IMG/VR virus record: IMGVR_UViG_3300007513_000005
Length of the DNA stretch: 64,000 nt
From: a virus
Reading direction: 5' to 3' (one strand)
Shown: positions 48,654 through 57,378 of the stretch, in pieces
How positions within the stretch are numbered: the stretch's first letter is position 1
How the letters are laid out: every line of letters starts with the position of its first letter
Position numbers and translations under genes: made by a program
Notes under the pieces: model-generated
The model's database searches: none
What the model saw: only the letters and a program-made list of their open reading frames with translations
Told to the model about the DNA's origin: nothing

Positions 48654-49403
48654 ATGAAGACTATTAAAATTTTGTTTTTATTATTTTGTTTATCTTTTCT
48701 CAATTCGTGCATGGTATCGGTGCATTCTAACAGATTCCCAGTCGACTCTTTTGTCAAAGTTCACGCAAGAATGACCATCGAAGTGTGTGCTGATACTGAA
48801 TTAATGTCAGTTTGTGAAAAAAGTCACTTTTATTCGGTAGGATCTGGGTCTGTGGTTGGACACCGAAAAGGCAAGACCTATATACTTACAGCAGGTCATG
48901 TTTGTCATGCAGATGTTGAAGGTCCCGTCAAAGCTATCGCTTCTTCAGTGTCGATGGCATTTAAAGTTCAAAACATAAAAAATGATTATTATAATGTAAA
49001 AGTCTTCAACATCTCGCCTGAGTTTGTTAATGGAAACGAACTAGACCTCTGCTTGCTTGAAAGTAACGGAATAATAGATATGCCTACATTAAACCTGTCC
49101 CTAACTGGTCCAAAGATTGGGGAAGAGGTTTACAACGTTGCTGCTCCGACTGGATTTTTCTATCCGCCAGCTGTCCCTTTGCTGTCTGGATATTATAGTG
49201 GTCCTTTAGGACAATACCATGATTTATTAACAATACCTGCGACTGGGGGTAGTTCTGGTTCTCCTGTTTTAAATAATCGAGGAGAATTAATTGGATTGAT
49301 CTTTGCGGCGAATGTAGATTTTCCTCAATTGGCGATTAGCATCAAATACGAGACACTACGGGACTACTTGCAAGAAAATTTATATCCTCAACCACCTCTC
49401 TAA
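48654..49403 (+). CDS. Trypsin-like (S1/HtrA-type) serine protease with lipoprotein-like signal
   Basis: Triad LTAGHV / LDLCLL / GGSSGSP. N-terminus MKTIKILFLLFCLSFLNSC. SD GAGG. Confidence 0.88.
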   Translation: MKTIKILFLLFCLSFLNSCMVSVHSNRFPVDSFVKVHARMTIEVCADTELMSVCEKSHFYSVGSGSVVGHRKGKTYILTAGHVCHADVEGPVKAIASSVSMAFKVQNIKNDYYNVKVFNISPEFVNGNELDLCLLESNGIIDMPTLNLSLTGPKIGEEVYNVAAPTGFFYPPAVPLLSGYYSGPLGQYHDLLTIPATGGSSGSPVLNNRGELIGLIFAANVDFPQLAISIKYETLRDYLQENLYPQPPL

Positions 49404-49544
49404 CTTAACTTGTTGATGTTCGAGCATAATGGTTAATCTCTTTGCTAGCGCAATCTTATTACCATTCACTGCTTTGGCGATCTTCAATTCCAACTCTTCG
49501 ATCTCAATTTTTAATTTTTGAATTCTATTATCGTACTTCTTCAT
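49380..49544 (-). CDS. Small coiled-coil protein (54 aa, not in ORF track)
   Basis: Manual translation MKKYDNRIQKLKIEIEELELKIAKA...ERWLRI*, with AGGA SD. Convergent overlap with the protease gene. Confidence 0.5.
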   Translation of the reverse strand: MKKYDNRIQKLKIEIEELELKIAKAVNGNKIALAKRLTIMLEHQQVKLERWLRI

Positions 49545-49552
49545 TTTACTTC

Positions 49553-49933
49553 CTATAAAACATCAAAAACGATGTGAACCTTAAACAATAGGTTGATACC
49601 ATTTACACCTGATCCGACTTTAGAGAAGAAGTATACATCCTCAACCAAGGGGATTTCCTCCAACTTCCTTAAAAATTTCATACTGAGTTTATCTACTATA
49701 ATCTGATATATGTATTTGTTTGGATGAATCCTATTAACAGAATCCCAATCAATTTTGATACCAGATATCCCACTCAAATGATTCTTCAATAAAATCATCA
49801 CATGTTGTTCGCTAAGTTCCTGCTTTACAGGTTTCTTTCTTGGGCGTCCTCTTGGCCGAGCAGGCTTAGCATCTGCCTCGGGGGTCTTTCGTGGGCGACC
49901 CCTTCTTCTCTTAGGTTTTTCCTCAGTAACCAT
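49553..49933 (-). CDS. AT-hook-containing DNA-binding protein
   Basis: KRRRGRPRK and RPRGRPRKK at the N-terminus. Confidence 0.7.
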   Translation of the reverse strand: MVTEEKPKRRRGRPRKTPEADAKPARPRGRPRKKPVKQELSEQHVMILLKNHLSGISGIKIDWDSVNRIHPNKYIYQIIVDKLSMKFLRKLEEIPLVEDVYFFSKVGSGVNGINLLFKVHIVFDVL

Positions 49934-50108
49934 CCTTGTACCATCCTTTGCCCTTTAGTTTAAATGAAGTGTTGTTAACTTTCTTTTTATAAGACTTGGT
50001 AAAACACCTTGGGCATACTGTTTGTAAATATTTTTCAGAGTCGGAAAATGATAAGATTTCTTCTACTTCATACCCACATTTTTCACACTCATACAAATAT
50101 ATTGGCAT
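49923..50108 (-). CDS. FmdB-family zinc-ribbon protein
   Basis: MPIYLYECEKCG...CPRC...FKLKGKGWYKDGY. Confidence 0.85.
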   Translation of the reverse strand: MPIYLYECEKCGYEVEEILSFSDSEKYLQTVCPRCFTKSYKKKVNNTSFKLKGKGWYKDGY

Positions 50109-50740
50109 TAGATTATCTCGTCTATTAATCCATATTCAAGGCACTTTTCTGCTTCCCACCACAGATCGTGTTGCAAAATATTCTCTAACACATCTTCTGG
50201 GATTCTTGTATGTTCTCTGTAGATCTTTTTAATCTTCTCCATCAGCATCTCAGAATTTTGCATGTCGTCTTTCATTGCTGCAAACTTACCCCACATAGCT
50301 CCTGACAGTTGGTGAATCAACATGCAAGCATTTCTATGCATATATCTCCTGTCTGCAACAACAGACATCAGCGTAGCGGCAGATGCAGCACAACCGTCTA
50401 TAATTGTATGCACTTCTGTCTTGGATGTCTTAATATGGTCCACGGCAGCAAGTCCAGCAAACACAGACCCACCATAACTATTAATATGGATCCTAATTGG
50501 GATATCAATTCCGTGCGATGCTTTCCTCATTGCCGAGGTCGTGTTTAATGTATCTATCGCTTTGTTCAGTTTTAATACTTTTGGTCTAGATACGCCAGAA
50601 TAAAAATAAATTTTATTATCCTGCATTTCTACAGAATTGTAGTCATCATTATTTGCATTAATCTTTTCGTTATGTGTGTCAAATATAGTTTTCTTTGGCG
50701 GGTCTTGCTTTTCAGCATCTCCCCAAAATTGGTCTCTCAT
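50108..50740 (-). CDS. clpP: ClpP-like serine protease
   Basis: INSYGGSV, AASAA (Ser), LIHQ (His), HDLWW (Asp), CLEYGLID. Confidence 0.88.
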   Translation of the reverse strand: MRDQFWGDAEKQDPPKKTIFDTHNEKINANNDDYNSVEMQDNKIYFYSGVSRPKVLKLNKAIDTLNTTSAMRKASHGIDIPIRIHINSYGGSVFAGLAAVDHIKTSKTEVHTIIDGCAASAATLMSVVADRRYMHRNACMLIHQLSGAMWGKFAAMKDDMQNSEMLMEKIKKIYREHTRIPEDVLENILQHDLWWEAEKCLEYGLIDEII

Positions 50741-50759
50741 GTTTTCTCCTTATAGGTTG

Positions 50760-50776
50760 AGTATATCACATGTAGG
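50760..50776 (-). promoter_or_regulatory. Extended -10 type promoter CCTACATGTGATATACT
   Basis: Upstream of the clpP-like gene. 14/17 identical to 59986-60002. Confidence 0.55.
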
Positions 50777-50785
50777 TTGTTTATT

Positions 50786-53700
50786 TTATCCACAATGATA
50801 GGTGCAAGCAATTAATGCTTTTTTATAGGTTTGATTATCGTAGTCTACTGTTTCGGATATGCTGTCCCAGTCTATATTCTGTGTACACTTTGCTACTGTA
50901 TAATTATGCAATAAGTCATCATCCTGTAGTCCGCCATATCCAGGCACTTCGCTGGTTGTGATATAGTCTCCATTTTCTATATTTCCATATATGTTTGTAA
51001 CCCAAATCTTTCCCTCTCCTATCGAATTGCATTTGGATTTAAAATATCTAGAATTGTCTGAATATCTATGTGAATCCTTTTCATAATTATACGATCCACT
51101 AGCATCGAACAGTTCAGTCCTTCTATCTGAAGGATGAAAACTTCCGCTAAAATATCTAAAATGTGCCATTCCTTTTTTAACTTTGTTTCCAGATAAAACA
51201 CCATACACTTTTTTAGAATTCTTTTGAGATGATATTTTAATTATTGGTACACAATCGTCAATTCCAGTTACCCCTCTTTCTATACCAATTATACCAACAG
51301 ATTCTACAATCATGCCTGATATGATTTCATCGTCCAAATTTGAAATGTCGGCGCTTCCAGAATACACACATATGTGTTGTCCCGTAAAGGTGTTTGAAAG
51401 ATTACCGTCTCCATCAATATTAAATTCTTCATCGGCACCAGAGTCAGCGCCAGCGCTGGCATTATCAAAACCTCTTAAGAAAAAGTCTTCTGCAGTGCCA
51501 GAACTGTCAGCAGTATCTTCATTAATGAGCAAATCTAAGAGGACGTGCTTTTTTGCATTTGCTGATACTGACTCAATTAAACAAACTGGTGTAGGACTTC
51601 CAAATGTACTAGTTGATGTATTTGTCACTGCAACATCATCTCTGACATGCAATTTACAATCTGGAGAATCTGTGCCAATACCAACGTCGCCCGCGCTATT
51701 AAAAGTAGCTATATCGTTGCCACCTGCTTGAATGTTTATATTATTAGTTGTAAATGCAATAAATGTATCAGTATCACCATTGTGATATATCTTATTGTTC
51801 ACATAGAGTTGACCATTGACGTGCACATATCCATCGGGGTGTAATTCTATGTTATTATCAGCATGAATTTCTAAATTTTCTGTACCGGCCGAGTCGGCTG
51901 CAATGTATGTGTTTGTAGAATCTGTATCGAAAGCAATCTTTGCTTGATTAACCAAAACAATATTTCCCATAGAGAGAAACGTCTGTCCAGATGCCAGGGT
52001 TGCTCCGCCGTTTAAATTGGTTATGCCGTCGACGGACAGTGCTTGATAAATTGTGCTGCCTGCTGCTGTAAAAAGTGCTGTATCTGTGGCGGCATTATTC
52101 AAAAGAGTGCTAATAACTAATTGTCCATCTTTAGTTGTGTCCGTATCTTCTTCCCAGGCTTGCGTTTTTGTTGCTCTCATGCTCGCGGCAGTGAGTTCAT
52201 TGTCGCCGTCGTCCTCAAGTTGAAACTTCATTCCAATAGCTCCAGCGGAAGTGTTGTCTTTGTTTATTAACTCTAGTGGATATTTCGCTGATCCATGATT
52301 TTGAAATAGTCGAAGGCGATATTGTGCTCCATCAAAAGTTGCATATTGCGTAACGCCTGCGTATATCAAGATGTCATCATCAGGCATTAGTTTCAGATCA
52401 TCATCAGCGTGTATCTCTAGATCCTCCGTAGCGTCTGAGTTTGCTGCAATGTAGGTGTCTGTGCTGTCAAAAATAATTTTGTTTTGATCTAACAAATGAA
52501 ACCCATTTTCTGTTATTCTTGCTATTTCTGTTGATGTAGTGTCATCATCTTCATCTGTTATAGCAACACCAAAAGAAAGATATCCTCCCTTATCGGTGGT
52601 AGCGTGATCCTCAGAGGCAAATCCAGCGACATAAGCAGAGGACTCTAATATAGAACTTGGTGGATTTCCGTCACCACTATCAAAACCAATACCGCCCAAC
52701 AAATCACCAGATTCCGTAGTTCCATCATTTCTGACTAATGATATCCCATTATCGCCATCGTTGCATGTTAGTGATAACTGTAATCTATTTTTAGGCAATG
52801 ATGTTCCTAGTCCTACCTTAGCATCGCCGCCCTCGACAAAAACGGCGTTGGCCTCTCCGCTCGTCTCTACACGGAAGTTTACATCAGCACCACCTTCGTT
52901 TATAACAATGGTATCAAGGGTATCTTCGTCCATCTTGATCATATGAATATTACCAGCAGTAAGATCTATCTGATCGGTGGAGAATGTTATTTTCGTATCT
53001 GTATCTCCGTAATGATATATGTTCGCTCCAACATAAACATCTGTAGACGCTCTAAGATAATCATTGCTTGCAATACCTTTAGTTGAAAGCATTTGTGATG
53101 AATTGATTCTAAAAACTTCAGTTAAAGATTCATCAACAACCACACTGAATATCATTTCTGCGTCTGTATTATCACTACTGTCCCAACCAGCACCTTTTAC
53201 AACTTCTATTTGTCCTGCAGTTTTTTCTGCGCCTGATGTATTTTCAAGTTGGAATTGCATACCAATACCTGCGCTGGTGCCAGTATCCTCTTTATTGATT
53301 AATTGTAAAGGAAAAACGGTTGAGTTTGTTTCTCTAAACATTCGCAAACAAAATGCTGATCCATCAAAAGTACCATATTGTGTGTCACCATATCTAATGG
53401 TGATATCGTTATCGGGTTTTAGATGAAGGTCCTGATCAGCGTGTATCTCTAAGTCCTCTGGGTTATCAGAGTTTGCAGCGATATAGGTATCTGTACTGTC
53501 GAACACAACTTTGCCAGGTGCTGTTATAGTAAGGTCAGTGCCATCAAACGTTAGGTTTGCTTCAGCATTCATACTATCTGTGCCTGCTGCTGTTAAAACC
53601 CTATTATTTGATCCGTTTGACATAAAGTCTGAGACGTCTACAGAAACTTGAGTAGAACTAACATCAATTCCTGTTCCAGCACCTACAGTCAAGGTTACAC

Positions 53701-54610
53701 CGCCTGAATCGCCACCGCCAGTTAGACCATTACCTGCCGTAACACCAGTTATATCTCCCGATGCTCCTCCAGAAGTCAAGTCTGTTTCGGCAACATCGCC
53801 AGATTTAAAGTAAAGTTTTCCGTCTGTTTTTGTATAAATAACACCGACGCCAGCAGCAACAGTCGGAGATGATGATTCTGCTGATATTGCTATCCTTCCT
53901 GCAACATCAAGTTTTTCATCTGGTGTTATGGTTCCAATTCCTACGTTACCATCATGTGCTACGGTCATTCTAATGTCTGAGGTGCCTGAACCAGATGGAG
54001 TTGTATAAAAATACAAATTTGTCGGATATGAATTAGAAGGAGTATTTTTCCAATCTGCATGCGCCTGAGCTTCAATTGCTGCATGAAATTTTGCAACATC
54101 CGCAACAGGTGACCTGTCATCAGTAAACCAAATAATCGAACCCAAAGAAAGTTCCTGTATTGGAGATTCTCCAGTAGGACTTTTGTTTCTTCTGAAGAGT
54201 AGTCGAGGTTCATTGTAGGACCCATTGTTAAGTTCGTTGCTGGTTATGAAAACTCTTGGAGGGTCAAGCACAACTGAACCTGACCCTAAAAGCGATGACT
54301 TACTCTCATCAAACCAGAGTGACGACGTTAAGGTCATCTCTACGCCTGTCCGATACCTGTAGTTGCCATCATCTTTAACGTTGTTTTTTATAGTGACATT
54401 TTCAACGTTAAAGTTACCATCTCCATTTGAAGTTACAATTCCATTTGGTGTTTTTATAGACCTAAAAACTGTGAAATAAGAAGATGTATTATCGTCTGCT
54501 AATCCTAAAATTCTAATATTATTATTGACAGACCCGCTTGGTATTTTGCTCCAATCTATCTGTGCTGGGACAATCTTCTTTATCCCTATGCTTGTTAAAC
54601 CACCTGCCAT
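50786..54610 (-). CDS. Tail-fibre/spike-like repeat protein with C-terminal CTYHCG domain
   Basis: 1274 aa. It has VGIGT..P repeats, internal duplications (FDSTDTYIAANSD..EDLEIHAD) and a C-terminal GDYITTS...LHNYTVAK...CTYHCG. Confidence 0.7.
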   Translation of the reverse strand: MAGGLTSIGIKKIVPAQIDWSKIPSGSVNNNIRILGLADDNTSSYFTVFRSIKTPNGIVTSNGDGNFNVENVTIKNNVKDDGNYRYRTGVEMTLTSSLWFDESKSSLLGSGSVVLDPPRVFITSNELNNGSYNEPRLLFRRNKSPTGESPIQELSLGSIIWFTDDRSPVADVAKFHAAIEAQAHADWKNTPSNSYPTNLYFYTTPSGSGTSDIRMTVAHDGNVGIGTITPDEKLDVAGRIAISAESSSPTVAAGVGVIYTKTDGKLYFKSGDVAETDLTSGGASGDITGVTAGNGLTGGGDSGGVTLTVGAGTGIDVSSTQVSVDVSDFMSNGSNNRVLTAAGTDSMNAEANLTFDGTDLTITAPGKVVFDSTDTYIAANSDNPEDLEIHADQDLHLKPDNDITIRYGDTQYGTFDGSAFCLRMFRETNSTVFPLQLINKEDTGTSAGIGMQFQLENTSGAEKTAGQIEVVKGAGWDSSDNTDAEMIFSVVVDESLTEVFRINSSQMLSTKGIASNDYLRASTDVYVGANIYHYGDTDTKITFSTDQIDLTAGNIHMIKMDEDTLDTIVINEGGADVNFRVETSGEANAVFVEGGDAKVGLGTSLPKNRLQLSLTCNDGDNGISLVRNDGTTESGDLLGGIGFDSGDGNPPSSILESSAYVAGFASEDHATTDKGGYLSFGVAITDEDDDTTSTEIARITENGFHLLDQNKIIFDSTDTYIAANSDATEDLEIHADDDLKLMPDDDILIYAGVTQYATFDGAQYRLRLFQNHGSAKYPLELINKDNTSAGAIGMKFQLEDDGDNELTAASMRATKTQAWEEDTDTTKDGQLVISTLLNNAATDTALFTAAGSTIYQALSVDGITNLNGGATLASGQTFLSMGNIVLVNQAKIAFDTDSTNTYIAADSAGTENLEIHADNNIELHPDGYVHVNGQLYVNNKIYHNGDTDTFIAFTTNNINIQAGGNDIATFNSAGDVGIGTDSPDCKLHVRDDVAVTNTSTSTFGSPTPVCLIESVSANAKKHVLLDLLINEDTADSSGTAEDFFLRGFDNASAGADSGADEEFNIDGDGNLSNTFTGQHICVYSGSADISNLDDEIISGMIVESVGIIGIERGVTGIDDCVPIIKISSQKNSKKVYGVLSGNKVKKGMAHFRYFSGSFHPSDRRTELFDASGSYNYEKDSHRYSDNSRYFKSKCNSIGEGKIWVTNIYGNIENGDYITTSEVPGYGGLQDDDLLHNYTVAKCTQNIDWDSISETVDYDNQTYKKALIACTYHCG

Positions 54611-54615
54611 AACAT

Positions 54616-54625
54616 ATTAAATAGT
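54616..54625 (-). promoter_or_regulatory. Candidate late promoter ACTATTTAAT
   Basis: 5 nt upstream of the fibre gene ATG. Confidence 0.5.
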
Positions 54626-54638
54626 ATTTGATTTTAAT

Positions 54639-55502
54639 CTATGAAGCGCTAAAATCAACTAGAGTAACAGTCTTTGTAACACCGCCAGCTGTAATCTTGA
54701 TTAAAATATCTCCATCGTCTCCAGTGCCAGTGCCATCGGACATCCACAAAACAGACTCACCTTCTGATGGGTTGGATGGGTCGGAAGACTTTTCAGTCAA
54801 TGTGAGAGCACCGTTGATATGAAGTACTGTTGCAGGTGATTGTGTTCCAATACCAACATTCCCGCCTTGTTCTATTGACATCCTAGTATTGGAGTTGGTT
54901 TTAAAATCAAGACTATCGTCACCGTAGTTATTAAAGATGATCCACTTTCTTGTTCCGTTCTCGTAAAATTCTAAACCTGGGTGACTGTCTACATCTCCGT
55001 CGATTTTGATTCTAGGGTCATCACCAGCAACTTTAAGATCACCACTAAAAGTTGCCAAATTTGAAGACCTGTTGATCGTTAACACATTTGTACCACTGGT
55101 GCTATTTTGATATTTTCTTACTTCAAAATCATTAGATGTACCATTATATCCGACACTAAATCCATAGTTCATATCACCAGAACCATCTGCTTGTTCTGAT
55201 AATTCTAACTTTACAGAGTGTTCTCCTGAATTTGTGCCATTACCTAAACGAAGTGTCGCATTGTTTCCGTGTATATGGAATGCTTCTTGCGGTGTTCTAG
55301 TAAAAACACCTATTCTGTTATTTGTGGAATCCACTGTAATGAAGTCTGATCCAGATACTTGTCCATCTGAATCAATTATTAAAGTATTTCCTTTTGGTCC
55401 TAAATTAGCAAGCTTAACAGATCCTGAGAAAATTACATTTTGACTTACTGCTTCTTGAAAGTCTATTTGATTTACATCTATACTTCCTGGTCTTCTTGGC
55501 AT
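54639..55502 (-). CDS. Short fibre-like virion protein
   Basis: NRIGVFTRTP and NVGIGTQSPATVLHING fibre-type repeats. Confidence 0.65.
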   Translation of the reverse strand: MPRRPGSIDVNQIDFQEAVSQNVIFSGSVKLANLGPKGNTLIIDSDGQVSGSDFITVDSTNNRIGVFTRTPQEAFHIHGNNATLRLGNGTNSGEHSVKLELSEQADGSGDMNYGFSVGYNGTSNDFEVRKYQNSTSGTNVLTINRSSNLATFSGDLKVAGDDPRIKIDGDVDSHPGLEFYENGTRKWIIFNNYGDDSLDFKTNSNTRMSIEQGGNVGIGTQSPATVLHINGALTLTEKSSDPSNPSEGESVLWMSDGTGTGDDGDILIKITAGGVTKTVTLVDFSAS

Positions 55503-55870
55503 TATTTAACCCTCTTATAGTCATCTTCCAACCTGACAACATCATCCAAGTGAGGAGTACTAACTTCGATAATTTCTACATCTCCATATGGAGCACAAAA
55601 TCTATGTACACATCCTGGTACAACATGAAAATTTTCTCCATTCTTCATATCATACTTCTCAATATTTTCACCCTGACCAAGTTCTAAACACAATGTACCA
55701 GTTGCAACCATAATTGTCTCTTCTTTGATTTCATGATATTGTCTAGATAGTTGATGCCCTTTGTAGATGTATATTAACTTCCCTACGTAATCTTTTGTTT
55801 CTGCCCAAATCACTTCATATCCCCAAGGTTTATGTATTATTCTTTTTTGAAAGTTGTTTTTAATCTTCAT
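55502..55870 (-). CDS. Cupin (mannose-6-phosphate isomerase type II C-terminal-like)
   Basis: KPWGYE, LSRQYHEIKEET, PGCVHR, EVSTP. Confidence 0.8.
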   Translation of the reverse strand: MKIKNNFQKRIIHKPWGYEVIWAETKDYVGKLIYIYKGHQLSRQYHEIKEETIMVATGTLCLELGQGENIEKYDMKNGENFHVVPGCVHRFCAPYGDVEIIEVSTPHLDDVVRLEDDYKRVK

Positions 55871-55877
55871 TCTGATA

Positions 55878-56207
55878 TTACTCCATATTCATATTAGTAT
55901 TTAGTTTGTGCTTTTTAATATATGATTTAAATTCCCTAACATTGATTCCCAGCATGTCAGCAGCCTTCTCTTGAGAATTGCAGAATCTTAGTGCAAACCT
56001 AACTAATGATTCTCTTACGATATGTTGAATGTTTTTATATATTGGATAACCGAACAGTTTTCCATTTAGAGACTTAGCACTCAGTTCTAATTTTATTGTT
56101 ATTATTTCTTCTAACGTTAAATTAGATATAACGAATTCAAAATTCTTATTTTTAAATTTTTCATTAACATCTTTTAAAACTGAATTGTATTTGTTGGTTT
56201 TCTTCAT
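55878..56207 (-). CDS. Fis-like helix-turn-helix protein
   Basis: ESLVRFALRFCNSQEKAADMLGIN. Confidence 0.55.
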   Translation of the reverse strand: MKKTNKYNSVLKDVNEKFKNKNFEFVISNLTLEEIITIKLELSAKSLNGKLFGYPIYKNIQHIVRESLVRFALRFCNSQEKAADMLGINVREFKSYIKKHKLNTNMNME

Positions 56208-56233
56208 TGCCTCCTAACCCAACCACCTCAACT

Positions 56234-56250
56234 AAAATAGCACATGCAGT
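56234..56250 (-). promoter_or_regulatory. Degenerate copy ACTGCATGTGCTATTTT with TTGTAT 17 nt upstream of the -10
   Basis: Upstream of the Fis-like gene. 12/17 identical to the clpP copy. Confidence 0.4.
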
Positions 56251-56280
56251 ATTAGAATACAATAGATTTATGAAAATTAT

Positions 56281-57378
56281 TTAAATTTCTTCTAGAGGGA
56301 CTTCCTCTTCTTCTGGTGGCAATCCTTCTTCGTCACCCATTGGTTCTTCGTATGAGTCTGAGGAAGGTTCTGAGACAACTCCTGCTAACTCTTCCTCAAA
56401 CTTGTCAAAATACATTTTTATGTTTGTTAGTAGGTAGTCATAAAACACACTTCGATCATTAGGGTCCTGTAAGACAGCATATGCGTCGACGATCTGGTTC
56501 TCTATTTGTTTAAACGCTTCGAAAGAAGCATTGCGTCCAGTAGTATCCTCCCCCTCGATGCCAAATGAATCAAGTGGATCCTCTTCTTCCTCTTCTGTAT
56601 CACCTCCTTCAGAGGCAGAAATATCTATAAACTTATCTTCATCTGATGCACCGAGAGGATCTGGATTTTTAACGTTAATTTCAACCTCTTCAAGATCTTG
56701 AGGTGTGTCGTCAACATCAGCATCTTCTTTTGCATCTTCAGGCTTGAGCGCATTCTCGATGGCATTAAGAATGTGAGATCTGAATGACGATCTTTGTTGC
56801 TTGTTAGATGTCAGTGTTTTATAGGAATCTTCGAGAGTAGGTACAATCTTCTTAAGAAGTTCTTCTAATTTATTAATTCCAGTACTGGCATGCGGGTTTT
56901 TTTCTACATCAGATTCATTGATAACTAAGTGTTTTACAACATTTCGTAATCTGAAGTGTTCCTGAATCTTTTGAATGGTTTCTTTAATCATTCTCTTCTT
57001 TTGGATATCCAGCATTTTGGATATTGTTTTTCTTATGTTAATTTCATTAACCATTTCTTCTCTAGATTGCATTTGAATTCCCTCTTTTTTTAATTCTTTC
57101 TTGTGCTTCTCGTTTTCTTTTTTAGCATCAAGTCCAACAAAACCACCAGCAGTCCCTGCTACGGATCCGCCTGACATCGAAGATACTTCTTCTATTTCAT
57201 CTTCTTCAGGATCACAGGAGTGCTCCTCTTTTGCAACAAAGGCATTAGACTTGTCGACAGGTCTTGCTTGGTTGAAGGGTTGTCCATGTTTGATAAAATC
57301 CTTTCGGCCACCATCAAGCAAGTTTTTATGCCCTCTAGAGGTTCTCGGTTTCGCAACTTGATCCTGAAATTTAGACAT
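56281..57378 (-). CDS. Acidic hypothetical protein, probable head/internal protein
   Basis: 365 aa, Glu/Asp-rich, with several [LIV]xE motifs and an in-frame SD+ATG at 57072. Confidence 0.6.
   Translation of the reverse strand: MSKFQDQVAKPRTSRGHKNLLDGGRKDFIKHGQPFNQARPVDKSNAFVAKEEHSCDPEEDEIEEVSSMSGGSVAGTAGGFVGLDAKKENEKHKKELKKEGIQMQSREEMVNEINIRKTISKMLDIQKKRMIKETIQKIQEHFRLRNVVKHLVINESDVEKNPHASTGINKLEELLKKIVPTLEDSYKTLTSNKQQRSSFRSHILNAIENALKPEDAKEDADVDDTPQDLEEVEINVKNPDPLGASDEDKFIDISASEGGDTEEEEEDPLDSFGIEGEDTTGRNASFEAFKQIENQIVDAYAVLQDPNDRSVFYDYLLTNIKMYFDKFEEELAGVVSEPSSDSYEEPMGDEEGLPPEEEEVPLEEI

Noticed and set aside
50786-54610. Window derived from a eukaryotic giant virus (NCLDV)
   Set aside because: gp25/gp6-like baseplate genes, a sigma factor, SD sequences and overlapping operons indicate a tailed bacteriophage.
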